Source: a virus
Strand: one strand, 5' to 3'
DNA length: 64,000 nt
Virus record (IMG/VR): IMGVR_UViG_3300033144_006256
Coordinates: 1 to 64,000 of that record
A program made the translations under genes and the position numbers. The notes under the pieces are model-generated. The model saw only the letters and a list, made by a program, of their open reading frames with translations. It made no database searches and was not told the origin of the DNA. Below are positions 61,283 to 64,000 of this stretch, piece after piece; position 1 is the first letter of the stretch; each line of letters starts with the position of its first letter.

Positions 61283-61507
61283 ATGAGTAAGAGATTAAGT
61301 TTAGATAAAAAAGAATGTTCTAAAATATTAAAAGTTGCAGTTTATTCAGGAATATCTGCTCTTTTAGCTGTTTTAATAACATACTTTAAGAGCATTGACA
61401 TCTCATCACAGATGGCGTATTATTTAGTTATCGGAATACCAGTCGTTAATACAGCACTTGTAGCATTGAAACAATTTATAGATGAGAATATAACAAAAAA
61501 AAAGTAA
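61283..61507 (+). CDS. Two-TM membrane protein (holin-like)
   Basis: Two hydrophobic helices, basic C-terminus, GAAAGG RBS. Confidence 0.5.
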   Translation: MSKRLSLDKKECSKILKVAVYSGISALLAVLITYFKSIDISSQMAYYLVIGIPVVNTALVALKQFIDENITKKK

Positions 61508-61536
61508 CAAGTTAATAAACTTGAATATAAAAATAA

Positions 61537-62217
61537 ATGAATGAGCAGATCACAATTTTATTTACTACATTTAACAGGTTAGAATATACAAAACAAAGTT
61601 TGCCTGTTTTAGTAAAAAATACAGAATACGAAAATATACGGCTCATTATTATTGATAACAATTCAACAGATGGAACTCAAGAATGGCTAGAAAAAAACAA
61701 GCCAGATAATTCTTGGGTTTTTTATAATAAAAAAAATAATGGCGTTATAGGTGCTATGAACCAATGTTTGCCCCTGTGTGGCGGGCTAATGGCAAAAGTG
61801 GATAATGATACACTTGTCCCTAAAAAATGGCTTACAACGCTATATACAAAGTTGCAAGAGCATTCATTGTTCGCTATCGGAGCGAAGCATAAGATAATGA
61901 ATTCTAATTATAAAACTTGGGATGATTGGATGGAAAATTTGAAAAAATTAGATAATGATTTATATTTAACAAATTATGTTGGCGGTTCAGGTGTATTATT
62001 CAGAACAGAAGGGATAAAAAATATACCAGCTCGTGGAAGATTTTTTGGCTGGGGTGATATTCAAGAACAAATGGTTAGAAGCGATAAAAAAATAGCTTTT
62101 CATAATGGGGTGTATGTTGATTTATTAGATATGGATGCAGACAACAAGTATAATACCGATTTCATTGATTATCGTTTAGAAGTAGGAAGGGTTAAAAATG
62201 TTAAACAATTGTTATAG
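61537..62217 (+). CDS. Family 2 glycosyltransferase
   Basis: TFNR, IIIDNNSTDGT, N.G...A.N and DND (DxD) motifs. Confidence 0.9.
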   Translation: MNEQITILFTTFNRLEYTKQSLPVLVKNTEYENIRLIIIDNNSTDGTQEWLEKNKPDNSWVFYNKKNNGVIGAMNQCLPLCGGLMAKVDNDTLVPKKWLTTLYTKLQEHSLFAIGAKHKIMNSNYKTWDDWMENLKKLDNDLYLTNYVGGSGVLFRTEGIKNIPARGRFFGWGDIQEQMVRSDKKIAFHNGVYVDLLDMDADNKYNTDFIDYRLEVGRVKNVKQLL

Positions 62218-63187
62218 GATACTTTATTGTGGTGTGTTTAATCCGAAACTTATTTATCAAGCATCCCCGATTTCTAATGATGATGTTATAGCCCGTGGAT
62301 TAGAAAAAAATAATTGCAGGGTAGTTAAATTTGATTTTAGGCAAGAAACAAAAGAATTTGGTGTTGAAAATATGCGACAGGCATTATATGAAAGAGCAAT
62401 TAGTTATCAACCAGATATTATATGGTTCGCTAAAACAGATGAAATCGGTATTGAAACTTTACTTAATATTAAAAGTGCTTTGCCTAATACTAAGATTGTT
62501 AATTGGGCAGATGATATTCGTCCAGAGCCAGTAAAAGAACTTATAGAGTTTAATAAACATACAGATTTACTTTTAGCTGATTTTGGCGGTGAATGGTTGA
62601 AAAAACATAAAGAACTTGGTGTGAATAGAATAGCAAATTTTTTTACATTAGTTGATACTGAAAATTATGTGCATATTGATATACCAGAAACAGAATGGCA
62701 AGAAGATATTATATTTACAGGTAAAGACGCTCCATTTTCAGAAGATATAAGAAAGGTAGTAAAAAGTTCATTAGAAGATTATGGGGCTAAGATATATGAT
62801 GAAAATAATTGGATTGGTTATCCAGAATATAAACAAGCTATAAATGGTGCTTATATAGGTATAGGTTGCAATTCGCTTAATCACGCAGAACTTTACACAT
62901 CAGATCGTCTTGCTCATTTTATGGGATGCGGAACATTTTATATGACATATAAAATTAAAGGATTAGAAAAGATTTTTAATAGCAATGAAATAATACAATT
63001 TGATAGTATAAAAGATATGTATGAAAAAATAGAATACTATTTAATAAATGATAAAGAGCGGAAAGAAATAGCTTATAACGGTTATAAGAAGATAAGAAAA
63101 TTACTTGATTACCGCAGAGTAGTAAATGATTGGTTAAATATATTATTTAATAATAAAAGTGAATATGATTGGGTAACAATATTATGA
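62198..63187 (+). CDS. GT-B glycosyltransferase (CgeB/Glyco_trans_1_2-like)
   Basis: DIIFTG, SDRL..FMGCG.F and KIEYYL.N..ER..IA..G motifs. Confidence 0.85.
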   Translation: MLNNCYRILYCGVFNPKLIYQASPISNDDVIARGLEKNNCRVVKFDFRQETKEFGVENMRQALYERAISYQPDIIWFAKTDEIGIETLLNIKSALPNTKIVNWADDIRPEPVKELIEFNKHTDLLLADFGGEWLKKHKELGVNRIANFFTLVDTENYVHIDIPETEWQEDIIFTGKDAPFSEDIRKVVKSSLEDYGAKIYDENNWIGYPEYKQAINGAYIGIGCNSLNHAELYTSDRLAHFMGCGTFYMTYKIKGLEKIFNSNEIIQFDSIKDMYEKIEYYLINDKERKEIAYNGYKKIRKLLDYRRVVNDWLNILFNNKSEYDWVTIL

Positions 63188-63326
63188 AATTCAAAAACCA
63201 TAAAGATAAATTAAAACTTGCCAGAAAAATGATAACAAGAAACGAAATTAAAAATCACACGCCATTATTCCAAAGTAAAGCGTGGAAATTAAAAAAAATA
63301 TCAATAAATAATCGTATTAAAAAGAA

Positions 63327-63884
63327 ATGTTTGGAAAAGTAATGGAAGAAATTAAAAAAGATATTCATAACCAGCCAGATAGTGAATGGCATACAAAAGG
63401 GATAAAAGAAAGTTGCGAACATTTATTATTTGTAAGTAAAATATTCCCATTTAAAAGTGTGTTAGATTTAGGATGTGGGAGTGGCATTGCTTGCAAGATA
63501 TTAAAAGAAGCAGGGAAACAATGTATAGGGATTAGTCTATCAGATGAAGAAGCACACAAAGGGGTAGAGATATTAAAGCAAGATATACACAATTTAGATA
63601 TACCAGATAATAGTTATGATTTAATTTTTGCAAGGCATATTTTAGAACACAGCCCTATCCCATTACATATACTTTTTGAATGTAAAAGAATAGCAAAATT
63701 AAGTTATATAGTTATACCAGATTGTAATTGGATGAGCTTATCACACACTAACCATTATTCTGTTTTAACACCTGAAATGTGGGAAAAACTTTTTGAAAGG
63801 GTTGGATTAAAAATAATTGAAAAGATGCTTGGAAAATGGCACGCACACCCAAAAGGTGTAGAATATAGGTATTTATTAAAATGA
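63327..63884 (+). CDS. Class I SAM-dependent methyltransferase, likely acting on glycan or small molecule
   Basis: VLDLGCGSG and YDLIFARHILEH motifs; inside the glycosyltransferase cluster. Confidence 0.85.
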   Translation: MFGKVMEEIKKDIHNQPDSEWHTKGIKESCEHLLFVSKIFPFKSVLDLGCGSGIACKILKEAGKQCIGISLSDEEAHKGVEILKQDIHNLDIPDNSYDLIFARHILEHSPIPLHILFECKRIAKLSYIVIPDCNWMSLSHTNHYSVLTPEMWEKLFERVGLKIIEKMLGKWHAHPKGVEYRYLLK

Positions 63885-64000
63885 AAATAGGTTTTATCAC
63901 AATTTGGGCTCATCGCGGGCAAGCGTATGTTACAAAAGCAATCAAAGAAGCGTTAGATAAAGAACACGAAACATTTATATTCGCAAGAAGAGGATTTGTT
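63881..64000 (+). CDS. Probable GT4-type glycosyltransferase, 5' end only (cut by window edge)
   Basis: MKIGFITIW..RGQAYVT..I..AL...HE.FIF resembles a GT-B N-terminus. Confidence 0.5.
   Translation, partial: MKIGFITIWAHRGQAYVTKAIKEALDKEHETFIFARRGFV

Noticed and set aside
1-64000. Stop-codon reassignment
   Set aside because: Core genes (terL, portal, capsid, tape measure) are full length in the standard code, and TAA, TAG and TGA all end genes.
1-64000. CRISPR array, diversity-generating retroelement or retron
   Set aside because: No regularly spaced repeat-spacer units, no reverse transcriptase, and no repeat pair differing only at adenines was seen.

Overview
An AT-rich, 64-kb stretch of a tailed (siphovirus-like) phage genome, almost all on the + strand. 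In order: three giant Ser/Thr-rich (mucin-like) beta-propeller proteins (0.4-10.8 kb), neck/tail genes (10.9-21.6 kb), lysis genes (21.6-23.8 kb), an early region with DNA methyltransferases, recombination, replication and nuclease genes (24-49 kb), terminase/portal/protease/Mu-like capsid genes (47-60.7 kb), degenerate tRNAs, and a glycosyltransferase cluster running off the end. No integrase, transposase (tnpA) or CRISPR array is visible. The main observation is three homologous omega-RNA cassettes, two with catalytically intact tnpB and one orphan. Each is inserted 11-12 nt into the start of a virion gene and rebuilds that gene's RBS and start codon out of its own RNA scaffold. The predicted guide begins at the TG of the start codon. 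This looks like transposase-free, RNA-guided homing. An HNH cassette does something similar at terS. Other signals: an inverted pair of ~700-nt homologous non-coding elements with covarying stems, nine copies of a TATAAC-N(1-2)-GTTATA palindrome, hairpins displaying anti-Shine-Dalgarno loops, and a possible glycosylated mucin-like virion coat. All calls come from reading the sequence; no database searches or folding programs were run.
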